A stretch of 32,000 bases of DNA from Candidatus Baldrarchaeum yapensis (GTDB lineage: Archaea > Asgardarchaeota > Baldrarchaeia > Baldrarchaeales > Baldrarchaeaceae), in the NCBI GenBank assembly GCA_016840465.1, contig JAEOSH010000002.1, positions 30,001 through 62,000 of the forward strand. Reading direction: 5' to 3'. Below are positions 8,779-18,302 of this stretch, in pieces. Under the pieces are notes generated by a model. The model was given only the letters and a program-made list of their open reading frames with translations. It did no database searches and had not been told where the DNA came from. The translations under genes and the position numbers were made by a program. Position 1 is the first letter of the stretch, and every line of letters begins with the position of its first letter.

Positions 8779-9589
8779 TGTTGAACGACCAATAATAGCA
8801 ATACTTACGGATTTTGGTACCAATACCTGGTATCCAGCTGCAATGAAGGGTGTAATTTTATCAATATGCCCTGATGTTAACATCGTAGATATCTCTCATG
8901 AGGCACCAAGTTACGACGTTATTTCTTCCTCCTTTATATTATTGCAGACGATAAAATATTTTCCTAAGGGAACAATATTTTTAGTCGTTGTAGATCCTGG
9001 TGTCGGAACGAGGAGAAGAAGAATTGCAATAAAGACAAAAAATTACTATTTTGTCGGGCCAGATAATGGCGTGATGATTCCCGCGGCCAGATGGGATGGA
9101 ATTGTGAAAATAGTCGAGATAAGCAACAAGAGGTATATGCTTCCTAAAGTTTCTAAGACTTTTGAAGGACGTGACGTGTTTGCACCCGCGGCAGCATATT
9201 TGGCCCGTGGAGTAAAGATAGAGGATTTTGGGGATGAAATTTCCGATCCGGTCGATTTACACATACCAAGACCTGTGCTTAGGGAAGATGCTATAGAAGC
9301 CGAGGTAATTTACATAGATAAATTTGGAAACATCATAACAAACGTGCATGCTGATCTCTTACAAAAATTAAAGATTAACGTCGGATCTGTATTTACCGTC
9401 GAAATCAAAGGAAGAAGGTACGAAATTCCATTCGCATCCACATATGGTGATGTGAGCAAGGGAGAGCCGTTGTTGTTAATTGATAGCTCTGATTACCTCG
9501 AATTGTCAATAAACATGGGAAACGCCGCTGAAACCTTCGGTTTGAAGCGAGGAGATAAAGTATTATTGAGGGTTGCTGAGAAGAAGTAG
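8756..9589 (+). CDS. SAM hydroxide adenosyltransferase / SAM hydrolase (DUF62, fluorinase-like family)
   Basis: LTDFG, VDISH, VVDPGVG, GPDNG, TFEGRDVFAP, IDKFGN, LELSINMG. The ORF track starts at 8741. Confidence 0.9.
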   Translation: MCSKETPSVERPIIAILTDFGTNTWYPAAMKGVILSICPDVNIVDISHEAPSYDVISSSFILLQTIKYFPKGTIFLVVVDPGVGTRRRRIAIKTKNYYFVGPDNGVMIPAARWDGIVKIVEISNKRYMLPKVSKTFEGRDVFAPAAAYLARGVKIEDFGDEISDPVDLHIPRPVLREDAIEAEVIYIDKFGNIITNVHADLLQKLKINVGSVFTVEIKGRRYEIPFASTYGDVSKGEPLLLIDSSDYLELSINMGNAAETFGLKRGDKVLLRVAEKK

Positions 9590-10270
9590 TAGTTCTTCCG
9601 CTCTAATGATATACTCATTTGGTACGAGCCCCTTCTCACTTATGGGTATACCTTCTCTAGTCAATAGGTTCCACTTGTGCTGTACTCCATAACTATACCC
9701 ACCTAAACTTCTGTCCTTCATGATCACGCGATGGCAGGGAATCACCAACGGCAGCGGGTTCCTAGCCAATATGCGCGCCACTTTTCTTGCATACCTGTTA
9801 GTTCCTGCAATAACCTTAGAAATTTCGCCGTACGTTGTTACAAATCCTCTAGGAATTTTCATAGTTATTGATAACACTTCCTTGTCAAATCGAGGTATCT
9901 TGTCCATAATGTATACCTCTCTTTCGGAAAATTTTACCCCTCCACTTGTCCACGCCGACCATAGTTTGTAAATGTATTTTTCAGATCTTCTACGCAGATT
10001 TCGAGGAAGCTTAGAAATGGGAACAAAGTGTACATCCCTCGAATTTTTTATTGTTTTAAAGTATCTGTCTCTTATGTCTCTAAAGGCCAACATTGAAACA
10101 TTTAGCGGCCTCTGTATTCTGAATTTCTGCAAAACATTGAGAATGCACACGAGAGTGTCTTTTAAATCCAACATTGGTATAGTACTACACACGAGCCTTC
10201 CATCATCCGAGATACAAATTCCAATCCATGAGTTTTCTTTCCTTCCCGCTATGATGAACAGTTCATCCAT
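9563..10270 (-). CDS. ogt: Methylated-DNA--protein-cysteine methyltransferase
   Basis: IPRG-VTTYG HTH and NPLPLVIPCHRV active-site motif in the C-terminal half. Confidence 0.92.
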   Translation of the reverse strand: MDELFIIAGRKENSWIGICISDDGRLVCSTIPMLDLKDTLVCILNVLQKFRIQRPLNVSMLAFRDIRDRYFKTIKNSRDVHFVPISKLPRNLRRRSEKYIYKLWSAWTSGGVKFSEREVYIMDKIPRFDKEVLSITMKIPRGFVTTYGEISKVIAGTNRYARKVARILARNPLPLVIPCHRVIMKDRSLGGYSYGVQHKWNLLTREGIPISEKGLVPNEYIIRAEELLLLLSNPQ

Positions 10271-10335
10271 TTACGTCCCCGACCTTTAAAGAGATAAGTG
10301 TGAACTTGTTAATCATAGGTCGGAGTGTGCATCAA

Positions 10336-11385
10336 ATGATAAAGATAGATGGGAGTCAAAAAGAAGGTGGCGGGCAAATTTTAAGATATAGCTGTGCACT
10401 TTCGGCAATATTAAGTCAGCCAATAGAAGTTTTTAACATAAGGGCCAAGCGTTCAAACCCAGGACTCAGAGCACAGCACATAACTGCGGTTAAACTAATA
10501 GGAGAAATGGTCGATGCACAGATAACGGGACTCAGCGTAGGATCCATGAAAATTCAATTCATACCGCGATCCAAACCTAAGGGAAAAAGTTATTTCTTAG
10601 ATGTTGGAACCGCCGGATCTACAGCATTAGTGTTACAGGCAGCGCTTCCCGTTGCGACATTTGCGGACAATAATGTGAAACTGCGGCTGATTGGGGGCAC
10701 ATCGGTTCGTTGGGCACCCCCGATGCTCTACTTTAAAGAGGTCTTACTTCCTCTTCTGGAGAAATTTGGTGTTAAAGCCGAAATTAATATCGAGCGCGAA
10801 GGGTACTACCCTAAGGGAGGAGGAATTATTGAGGCGCTCATTAGTCCTAGTGATAGGCTGTCTGCGATCTCTTTAGACGAATACAGCGAGGTTATCGCAA
10901 TTAGAGGAGTATCCTATTGTACTAACCTGCCTGCACATGTTGCGGAAAGACAGGCAAGAAGCGCAGAAGAGATTCTAAAATCTTCCGGATTTGAAAATGT
11001 AGAGATAATAGTCGACCCGAGAAGGAGGGGTGTTGGAACGGGTTCAGGTATAGTTCTGTGGGCAGTTACTGACCAGGGCATAGTCGGCGGCGACGCACTT
11101 GGAGAAAAGGGGAAGCGGGCAGAAGTCGTCGGAAGAGAGGCCGCTGAGAAGTTAATAAAAGCTTTAAAGACAAAATCTCCAATAGATGAGCATGCTCTTG
11201 ACAATTTAATAATTTACATGGCACTTGCAGACGGAGAATCTAGAGTTGTTGCGCCCGAGTTGACATTACATGCAGATACCGCAATCGATCTATGTAAAAT
11301 GATAGTAGGCGCGGAATTCAAAGTTATAAAACGCCCCCAAAACGTCGAGGTTGTATGCAAAGGCATAGGCTTCTCACGTGACTAA
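10336..11385 (+). CDS. rtcA: RNA 3'-terminal phosphate cyclase
   Basis: IDGS-EGGGQILR, PGLRAQH, GYYPKGGG, LTLHADT (catalytic His). The ORF track starts at 10300. Confidence 0.95.
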   Translation: MIKIDGSQKEGGGQILRYSCALSAILSQPIEVFNIRAKRSNPGLRAQHITAVKLIGEMVDAQITGLSVGSMKIQFIPRSKPKGKSYFLDVGTAGSTALVLQAALPVATFADNNVKLRLIGGTSVRWAPPMLYFKEVLLPLLEKFGVKAEINIEREGYYPKGGGIIEALISPSDRLSAISLDEYSEVIAIRGVSYCTNLPAHVAERQARSAEEILKSSGFENVEIIVDPRRRGVGTGSGIVLWAVTDQGIVGGDALGEKGKRAEVVGREAAEKLIKALKTKSPIDEHALDNLIIYMALADGESRVVAPELTLHADTAIDLCKMIVGAEFKVIKRPQNVEVVCKGIGFSRD

Positions 11386-12402
11386 TCAGGTAGTCTTTTC
11401 TTTAAAGTAATACGATAATGCTCTATCTAACGCCTCCTTAACGCCTATCCCTTCTATCGCCACCATCTCAATCGCATCTTCTCCAAAGTACTTCTTCGCT
11501 TCCTTCACCTTATCAGGAGGAGAGATGTCGATTTTGTTGATGGCAACGATCTTCGGTATCTCCTTAAATGCTTCGCAGAATTCTTTGAAGAGCGCGACTT
11601 GCTCATCAAGAGTATATCCGCATGATGCAGAGGGATCCACTATGAATATCATCACATTTGCCAAGTGACGCAAAGCCAGTATCGCTTGCATCTCAGCTTT
11701 ATTTCTTTTGGATATAGGCCTATCAAGAACCCCCGGCAAGTCTAAGATCTGGCAACGCTCTTCATTGAGTTCTATGTGCCCAACAATGATATTTTTTGTT
11801 GTAAAGGGATATGGTGCTATTTCCGGCTTTGCTGACGATACTTGCTTCACGAAGGTGCTTTTGCCGACGTTTGGATAACCCGTTACGACAATTGTAAAGA
11901 GGGAGGGGTCTATGGATGGTATCCTCATCATTTTCTCGCGCGCACTCCTAAGAAATTCAAATTTATCATCTAATTCTTTGACAAAACTTGCAATTCTTCC
12001 ATATGCGGCCCTTCTTTCAAACGCTGCCTCTCTAGGTGTTGCGGATAGCCTTATCCTTAAAATGTGTTCTCTTGCTATTTTTTCAACAACCTCTGTTGCT
12101 TTATTTATGGCCCCTAAATATTTCCTGAGCGTATCCACGCCCACAAGAAGGTCTATTAGATCTCTATAAAAGGGATGTAAATCCCTTATAAAGGGAAAAC
12201 TGTCGACAATCTTCTTTAATCTATCTCTTATCACTTGCATAACCGTTCTTACTCTTGCCTCTTCCCGTCTTCTCGCTTTCACTATCGGGGGGAGTTTTTC
12301 CTTAAGCCCTACGGAAACCTTCGATGCCCTCCTGAAAGCCACATCTATTAACTGCGCAGCTGTTGGTATTTCTGGGATTTTGCTGAAGTCGATGACGGTC
12401 AT
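11386..12402 (-). CDS. NOG1-family ribosome-biogenesis GTPase
   Basis: NOG1 N-terminal helical domain, G1 GYPNVGKS, G2 YPFTT, G3 DLPG, G4 NKID. The ORF track starts at 12423. Confidence 0.92.
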   Translation of the reverse strand: MTVIDFSKIPEIPTAAQLIDVAFRRASKVSVGLKEKLPPIVKARRREEARVRTVMQVIRDRLKKIVDSFPFIRDLHPFYRDLIDLLVGVDTLRKYLGAINKATEVVEKIAREHILRIRLSATPREAAFERRAAYGRIASFVKELDDKFEFLRSAREKMMRIPSIDPSLFTIVVTGYPNVGKSTFVKQVSSAKPEIAPYPFTTKNIIVGHIELNEERCQILDLPGVLDRPISKRNKAEMQAILALRHLANVMIFIVDPSASCGYTLDEQVALFKEFCEAFKEIPKIVAINKIDISPPDKVKEAKKYFGEDAIEMVAIEGIGVKEALDRALSYYFKEKTT

Positions 12403-12404
12403 TT

Positions 12405-12659
12405 TTAATACCTCTTTGACCATTTTACCTCTCCAGTGTCTCTCCTTCGTACCTCAAGCACTCTATGTAATGGTATATACACCTCTTCACCCTTTTCATC
12501 GGTGTAAATGAGAAACTGCGCGTCAACTCTCTTAATTAACGATGCTGAAATTATCTTTCTTGCTCGGTATGCTCCCCGATGCAAAATCACAACCTCATAA
12601 TTTTCGGGATCCTCACGCGGATCCCAGAGGATCTTGTTGAGAACATCTCTAATCCACAT
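12405..12659 (-). CDS. DUF504/UPF0248 (MJ1316-like) small protein
   Basis: IRDVLNKILWDP, HRGA, IPLHRVLEVR. The ORF track starts at 12707. Confidence 0.85.
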   Translation of the reverse strand: MWIRDVLNKILWDPREDPENYEVVILHRGAYRARKIISASLIKRVDAQFLIYTDEKGEEVYIPLHRVLEVRRRDTGEVKWSKRY

Positions 12660-13620
12660 ACCTTTTCCTCGCTTGATCATGACCAACAGCTTCCAGTTCG
12701 TAGTCATACTCCGTTTTTATTCCTAACCTATGTAATGCCTCGACTGCCTCCATAAAGGATTCCGTATGCGCCACTGCTTGCGCCAATGGACTTATACTGT
12801 ATAAAACGTTAGGAGATAATAGAAATACCAATGTCGATAAAATGGAAACATGCGCATATCTTCTGCCTCTCCTTATTATTTTAAGTCCTAAGTTGCCATC
12901 AAACACCAATACAGGCAATCTGCTTGCCTCTGTCTCGATAATTGTTAAAGCTTCCTTCATGATGACATACTCGTCGCGCAACATGCCAATCGCACCTAGA
13001 TATCCTCCCATTCGAGCGACCTCCTCTATCCTTGACAATGCCTCATCTACTGTAAGTTCACCATCACATCCCACGCCAAACACACCTATTATTGTCGGGA
13101 CATCCATCTGCGCAAGAGCCGCCAGCATCATCGAATCCGCGAGAGGACTCTGAAGGCCCGGTTCTTTTCCCTCGGCTAATACATCACCGCCCACGTCTAT
13201 ACCTATAATTGCTCCAATATTCACTCGCTTTGCCAGGTCTTTAAGCCCTCTAATTATTCCTTTCACACCCTTGTTTATGTCGACTAAAATGACACCTCTC
13301 CCAAGTATTTTTGAGAGCTTGCTTGCCTGAAAAACCACACCACTTTTCGTTTTTGTTTGCGGACCTGCTAGTGCCACTGTTTCACTAATCCTCACGATGC
13401 CGTCTATTTCATCTAAAGCTCTAGGTCCAGGTTTTCCACTGACCTCTATCCTCTCCCACGTCAATGAACCCAACACGACGGGGACGCCGAGCCTTTCAAG
13501 AAAGAACATCATTGGGAGGCAACCTAAGATGTCACCACCACCTCCAATTCCTATGACTAAGCACATACTTCCCGATTGCTTTAAGTCTGCTAATAATGAC
13601 ATTAACATTTTAGACACCAT
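12649..13620 (-). CDS. DUF1152 family protein
   Basis: GIGGGGD, DVGGDVLA, SPLADS, DGEL. Confidence 0.8.
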   Translation of the reverse strand: MVSKMLMSLLADLKQSGSMCLVIGIGGGGDILGCLPMMFFLERLGVPVVLGSLTWERIEVSGKPGPRALDEIDGIVRISETVALAGPQTKTKSGVVFQASKLSKILGRGVILVDINKGVKGIIRGLKDLAKRVNIGAIIGIDVGGDVLAEGKEPGLQSPLADSMMLAALAQMDVPTIIGVFGVGCDGELTVDEALSRIEEVARMGGYLGAIGMLRDEYVIMKEALTIIETEASRLPVLVFDGNLGLKIIRRGRRYAHVSILSTLVFLLSPNVLYSISPLAQAVAHTESFMEAVEALHRLGIKTEYDYELEAVGHDQARKRYVD

Positions 13621-13644
13621 CTCCTAGGAACTTCAGGGGTCCTT

Positions 13645-15039
13645 ATGCACAAAGACGTAACGATAGATAAACATGCTCATAAAGCTTTAACAATAGTTTT
13701 AGCATTAGATGAGAATTGGTACAGTTTTGCACCGTTACTGGCGTCTCTGGAGAAAAATGCAGACGTACTGAGGTTAACAGACGTTGTTATTTGTAAAACT
13801 CTTAAAGAGTATATGATGGAAATTCGTCGAAGGGGGAATCTCTACGATAAGATTTTAGTGCTACTATCTTTCTTTACAACTCAAATTTCCGAAATTACGC
13901 TCATTTTCAGGGAAACCAACCTCATGAGACGACATTTAAACGAAAATATCCTGCTTATATGTGGAGGGCCTCATCCGAGTGGTGATCCAATAAAAACATT
14001 AAAACTGGGAGCGGATGTTGTTGTAAGGGGAGAAGGAGAGTACATTCTCCCGCCTTTACTTAGGGCTATTATAATAGGAGAGCCATTAAGGGAGAGCCTA
14101 AGGAATATTGCAGAGGTTATTTGCATTGATAACAGTAACAAATTTGTGATATCGCCGAGTGTGATGGTCAACCTTGATGAGGTTTCTCCATATTCCAGCA
14201 AATGGAATCTTCATCCGCCCATAGAGATAAGTAGAGGATGCCCCTTTGGCTGCAAGTACTGCGAAGTTTCATATATTTTTGGAAAGAAAATGCGCCATAG
14301 AAGCGTTGATTCCATAGAAAGGATAGCAAAACATTACATCGCTCGTGGGCTGACAGATCTCAGATTCATATCATCGAACTCGTTTGCTTATGGTTCGAGG
14401 AATGGTGTTCGGCCGAATCCTCAAAAGGTTATAAAGTTGTTGCGACGATTGCATGCGCTTAATGGAGAAAAAAGAATATTTTTTGGAACATTCCCGTCGG
14501 AGGTACGTCCAGACTTTGTAATGCCAGAGCTCGTGGATGCCGTCGTGAAATACTGTAACAATAGAAAAATAGCGGTAGGAGCGCAGTCGGGTAGTGAAAG
14601 AGTGTTAAGGGCTATAGGTAGGGGGCATGATGTGGATTGCGTATATTCGGCCGTTGATATTATCAGGGAGAGAGGACTCATTCCGGTAGTCGACGTAATA
14701 TTTGGGCTTCCACCTGAGAGTCCAGAAGACCAAATGGCCACTCTTGATCTCGTCAAAAACTTAATATCATCAGGAGCGGAGGTTCGTGTTCATTACTTCA
14801 TGCCTCTCGCCGGTACGCCATATGCATATGCCACACCCAAACCTCTATTAGATGCTGTGCGAAAAGAGTTAAGGAGGTTAACTGGATCAGGTAAAGTGAG
14901 AGGTGCCTGGGAATTACAAGAAAGAATTTCCTGGTACTTAGTGCGATGGCGAGAACACACGTCTTCAGAGGGTGTCAACGGTGGAGCGCATACTGAGCAA
15001 GTTACAATTAGTTTTCACGAGAGCAAGAGAAATGCTTGA
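13645..15039 (+). CDS. B12-binding domain / radical SAM protein (MJ1487/TIGR04013-like)
   Basis: GGPHPSG cobalamin-binding region, RGCPFGCKYC (CX3CX2C), FPSEVRPD, GAQSGS, FMPLAGTP. Confidence 0.88.
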   Translation: MHKDVTIDKHAHKALTIVLALDENWYSFAPLLASLEKNADVLRLTDVVICKTLKEYMMEIRRRGNLYDKILVLLSFFTTQISEITLIFRETNLMRRHLNENILLICGGPHPSGDPIKTLKLGADVVVRGEGEYILPPLLRAIIIGEPLRESLRNIAEVICIDNSNKFVISPSVMVNLDEVSPYSSKWNLHPPIEISRGCPFGCKYCEVSYIFGKKMRHRSVDSIERIAKHYIARGLTDLRFISSNSFAYGSRNGVRPNPQKVIKLLRRLHALNGEKRIFFGTFPSEVRPDFVMPELVDAVVKYCNNRKIAVGAQSGSERVLRAIGRGHDVDCVYSAVDIIRERGLIPVVDVIFGLPPESPEDQMATLDLVKNLISSGAEVRVHYFMPLAGTPYAYATPKPLLDAVRKELRRLTGSGKVRGAWELQERISWYLVRWREHTSSEGVNGGAHTEQVTISFHESKRNA

Positions 15040-15625
15040 CGAGAAAGATAAAGTGCGAGAGGAGGCCCTAAGAACGACCAGAGAAATCATTAGATTGTGT
15101 GGAGAGGCTGTGAGAAGGATGCATCGTGGGGAGTTTGACGAGGCTTTCAAGAACGTTACCGATGCATCACGAAAAATGAGAGATCTCGAGCAAATCCTTT
15201 CATCACATAAAGATATCCTTCATGAGGGATATGTGCAGGCAGCATACCAGGAACTAGCTGAGGCATATATACTCTATCACCTCTTGAAAAGTAAGGACCT
15301 GCCATTGCCGGAGGAAATAGGAGTACCCTACGTGCCTTACATATTGGCTTTAGGAGATGTTATAGGCGAGCTTAGGCGGGTTATTTTAGACAGATTGAGA
15401 AGTGGCGACTTTTCATCGAGTGAAACTTACTTCAGGATAATGGAGGAAATTTTCTCTTATCTAATCACGTTAGATTATCCTGATGCGCTAATACCCGGTC
15501 ATAGACGCAAGTGCGATATTGCACGCGGGATTCTTGAAAAGATGCGCGGAGACCTATTTCTTGCTGTACATAGAGAGAAGTCTATAGAACTCATGAAAAG
15601 GCTTTTGGAGAGGTTAAAGAGTTGA
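14972..15625 (+). CDS. Translin/TRAX-family protein (archaeal C3PO-like)
   Basis: All-helical; REEAL..TREIIR, AYQELAEA, YILALGDVIGELRR, RRKCD..R..LE. Confidence 0.85.
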   Translation: MSTVERILSKLQLVFTRAREMLDEKDKVREEALRTTREIIRLCGEAVRRMHRGEFDEAFKNVTDASRKMRDLEQILSSHKDILHEGYVQAAYQELAEAYILYHLLKSKDLPLPEEIGVPYVPYILALGDVIGELRRVILDRLRSGDFSSSETYFRIMEEIFSYLITLDYPDALIPGHRRKCDIARGILEKMRGDLFLAVHREKSIELMKRLLERLKS

Positions 15626-16290
15626 AACGAAATCTACAAACTTATGGCAAAATATCAATCGAAAAAGCTAGAAGAGCACAAAGACTGCTTGCAGAAATGG
15701 TAATCGAGCATGATGATTTCAAGAACCCACCAGATATAATCGGCGGGGTTGATGTTTCCTACCTTGGCAATAGAGCCGTTGGGGTTGCAGTGCTGCTCGA
15801 TTTTAGGACACTTGAACTCGTAGAATATGCAACCGCAGTTGTAGATGTCAAATTCCCATATGTCCCGACATTACTCGCATTTAGAGAATTCTTCCCAATG
15901 GCAAAAGCAATACTGTCTTTAAAACGGAATGCGGACATCTATATGATAGATGCTCAAGGCAGACTTCATCCCTACGGACTGGGAGCCGCATGTCACATTG
16001 GAGTCGTATTAGATATTCCGACCATAGGTGTCGCAAAACGCTTGCTTTGCGGCACGATCGGTGCGCGCTCAGATGATGTCGCCCCCGTTGTTCTAGATGA
16101 TAAAATCATAGGTGCTGCTGTCTGGACCGGACGTTCCAAAAAGCCCATATTTGTTAGTGTTGGACATAAAGTATCGCTGAATACAGCCATTCGTTTAGTT
16201 AAGCAGACCACGAGAAAGGGACGAAAGTTGCCAGAACCTATAAGGTTAGCGCATTCGATTGCCACAAGATATAGGTCGAGAATTCGGTGA
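15622..16290 (+). CDS. nfi: Endonuclease V
   Basis: GVDVSY, YVPTLLAFRE, IDAQGRLHP, GVAK, PIFVSVGH, PEPIRLAH. Confidence 0.95.
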   Translation: MKRNLQTYGKISIEKARRAQRLLAEMVIEHDDFKNPPDIIGGVDVSYLGNRAVGVAVLLDFRTLELVEYATAVVDVKFPYVPTLLAFREFFPMAKAILSLKRNADIYMIDAQGRLHPYGLGAACHIGVVLDIPTIGVAKRLLCGTIGARSDDVAPVVLDDKIIGAAVWTGRSKKPIFVSVGHKVSLNTAIRLVKQTTRKGRKLPEPIRLAHSIATRYRSRIR

Positions 16291-16973
16291 GGTTTATGAT
16301 AAAAGACAGATTATTCACGACATTATATGTACTAGCAAAACTAGGTGCATGCAACAGAGCGGTGGAAATATCTACGGTGAAATTGGGGAAAGAATTGGGA
16401 ATAAGTCAGCAGAGTGCCTCCCGCAGGCTACAAGAACTTGAAAAGTTGGGATTGATAGTGAGAGAAATAAGCAGACGTGGACAACTGGTCAGAATTACCG
16501 AAAGGGGGTTGGATATGCTAAGAGATTTTTATTATGGCTTACGAGAAATCCTAGAGGGCATATCTCCTGTAATAAGGATTAGAGGAAAGCTATTTACCGG
16601 TCTTGGAGAGGGACGCTTTTATGTGTCACTAGAGGGGTATAGGAGGCAATTTATTGAAAAGTTGGGGTTCGATCCGTATCCTGGAACATTAAACCTCAAG
16701 CTTGTGAGCAAGGAGGACGTTGACGCCTACAGGTCACTATTATCCTCGAGGAATGGAATAAGAATAGAGGGATTCAGCGATGAGAAGCGAACCTATGGAG
16801 ATGCTATCTGCTATCCGGTGCTTATAAATGGGAAAATCCACGGCGCTATTGTGAAAGCCAGACGGACTCATTATGGAGACGACGTTGTCGAGGTAATAGC
16901 ACCAGTTTGTTTGCGAGATTACTTAAAACTAAAGGATGGAGATATCATAGAACTTATTTTCGAGAGATATTAG
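16287..16973 (+). CDS. ribK: CTP-dependent riboflavin kinase with N-terminal winged HTH (RbkR-type)
   Basis: N-terminal wHTH (SQQSASRRLQELE), GLGEG, PYPGTLN, LRDYLKLKDGD. Alternative start ATG 16296. Confidence 0.93.
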   Translation: MRFMIKDRLFTTLYVLAKLGACNRAVEISTVKLGKELGISQQSASRRLQELEKLGLIVREISRRGQLVRITERGLDMLRDFYYGLREILEGISPVIRIRGKLFTGLGEGRFYVSLEGYRRQFIEKLGFDPYPGTLNLKLVSKEDVDAYRSLLSSRNGIRIEGFSDEKRTYGDAICYPVLINGKIHGAIVKARRTHYGDDVVEVIAPVCLRDYLKLKDGDIIELIFERY

Positions 16974-17626
16974 GCGTTTTCACGCTCCATAAGTTTGTTT
17001 GCCTTTTCTAATATTTTTGAAGTTTTTGCCAGCGGGGAGTCGTCCCATACATCAAGTCTCACTATTTCTGTGACAATTCCCCGTTTTTTGAGATTCTTTC
17101 TCAGGACTTCTTCGTCAACCTTTTGATCTCTGCCCAACGCTATGATGTCTGGTTTTATTTTCTCGATGGGGGTTAAAATGTCGTCTTCAGATCCGAGTAT
17201 TGCGATATCTACGGGCTTTAGTGATTCGACTACCTGTCTTCTTTGCTCTTCCGGAACCACCGGTGGTCTTGATTTTAAACGTAAAACGTTCTTGTCCCGA
17301 GCGACGATTACGATTAAGACATCGCCTAACTCCTTAGCGGCCTTTAATGTTCTTATATGGCCTGTATGAATTATGTCAAATGTACCTGCAGTCACTATGA
17401 CTTTTATAAGGGAGCGTCCCTTCTCTGTTACTATGAATTCTCGGTTATTGTCGTTAGATACGGGTTTCACGAGTCCGTACTTATATGCTCTTTCCAAGGC
17501 ATTACGTATGCTATTTTCATCGATGTCCATAATCTTTAACAACTCTTCTACCGAAAATCGCCCTTTCTTGAATTGCAACACAAAGGCCCACTTTAGTATT
17601 TTCTTAAGGAGCATATCTGTCCTCAT
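16970..17626 (-). CDS. ribL: FAD synthase (cytidylyltransferase family) with N-terminal winged-HTH-like extension
   Basis: GTFDIIHTGH (HxGH), VIVARD, EEQR, IKPDIIALGRDQ, TSKI, preceded by about 70 aa of wHTH-like sequence. Confidence 0.82.
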   Translation of the reverse strand: MRTDMLLKKILKWAFVLQFKKGRFSVEELLKIMDIDENSIRNALERAYKYGLVKPVSNDNNREFIVTEKGRSLIKVIVTAGTFDIIHTGHIRTLKAAKELGDVLIVIVARDKNVLRLKSRPPVVPEEQRRQVVESLKPVDIAILGSEDDILTPIEKIKPDIIALGRDQKVDEEVLRKNLKKRGIVTEIVRLDVWDDSPLAKTSKILEKANKLMERENA

Positions 17627-17711
17627 TAACCTATCATCTCTTCCTATGCGTACATTATCATATAGATGGCATGCTCTTTATACCTAAGGATCACCATTAA
17701 CACATAGCATA

Positions 17712-18302
17712 TTACTTTATGCCGAGAAACCATCTAGCAAACTTTTCTGCCGCTCTTGCTCTGTGGGAAAGCTTATTCTTTTCATGTAAGATCATTTCTC
17801 CGAAAGTTCGACCATCACCCTCTTCTGGGCAAAAAATGGGATCGTAGCCAAATCCGTGAGATCCTCTAATTTCCTCCGAAATGACTCCGTACACGTACCC
17901 ATCGAATGTGATAGGGTTATTACCTGGCTCGCAATATGCAATCACACTTTTAAAATATGCCCGCCGATTTTTTACTCCCTTTAGGAGTTTTAGTATGCCC
18001 TCATTTCCTATAGTTTTAAATACGTATGAGGAATAAGGACCAGGGAATCCCTTTAATTCCTCTATGAACAGTCCAGCGTCTTCCACTATGACCGGGACAC
18101 CATACTCGTTTGCCGCGACTCTTGCAGAGAAACTTGCAATCGTTTCGAGGTCATCTGCCTGTATTTCAATTATCTTGCTCTTAAGCCACTCGACATTTAT
18201 TCCGAATCTTGATAAAATCTCCCTTAACTCCATAAATTTATGCTTATTTCCGGTGGCAACATGTAATTTCCTTTTATCCTTGTCTTTTGCGTTCTTTAAC
18301 AT
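17712..18302 (-). CDS. rdgB: Non-canonical purine NTP pyrophosphatase (XTP/dITP diphosphatase, Ham1 family)
   Basis: ATGNKHK, EDAGL, GFPGPYS, FGYDPIF, SHRARA. Confidence 0.95.
   Translation of the reverse strand: MLKNAKDKDKRKLHVATGNKHKFMELREILSRFGINVEWLKSKIIEIQADDLETIASFSARVAANEYGVPVIVEDAGLFIEELKGFPGPYSSYVFKTIGNEGILKLLKGVKNRRAYFKSVIAYCEPGNNPITFDGYVYGVISEEIRGSHGFGYDPIFCPEEGDGRTFGEMILHEKNKLSHRARAAEKFARWFLGIK

Noticed and set aside
9563-9589. Convergent 3' overlaps and abutments (SAM hydrolase/ogt 27 nt, rtcA/NOG1 0 nt, ribK/ribL 4 nt) as antisense regulation
   Set aside because: Common in compact archaeal genomes; nothing specific supports a regulatory role.
17627-17711. RbkR-type operator upstream of the flavin genes
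   Set aside because: No convincing palindrome found by eye.
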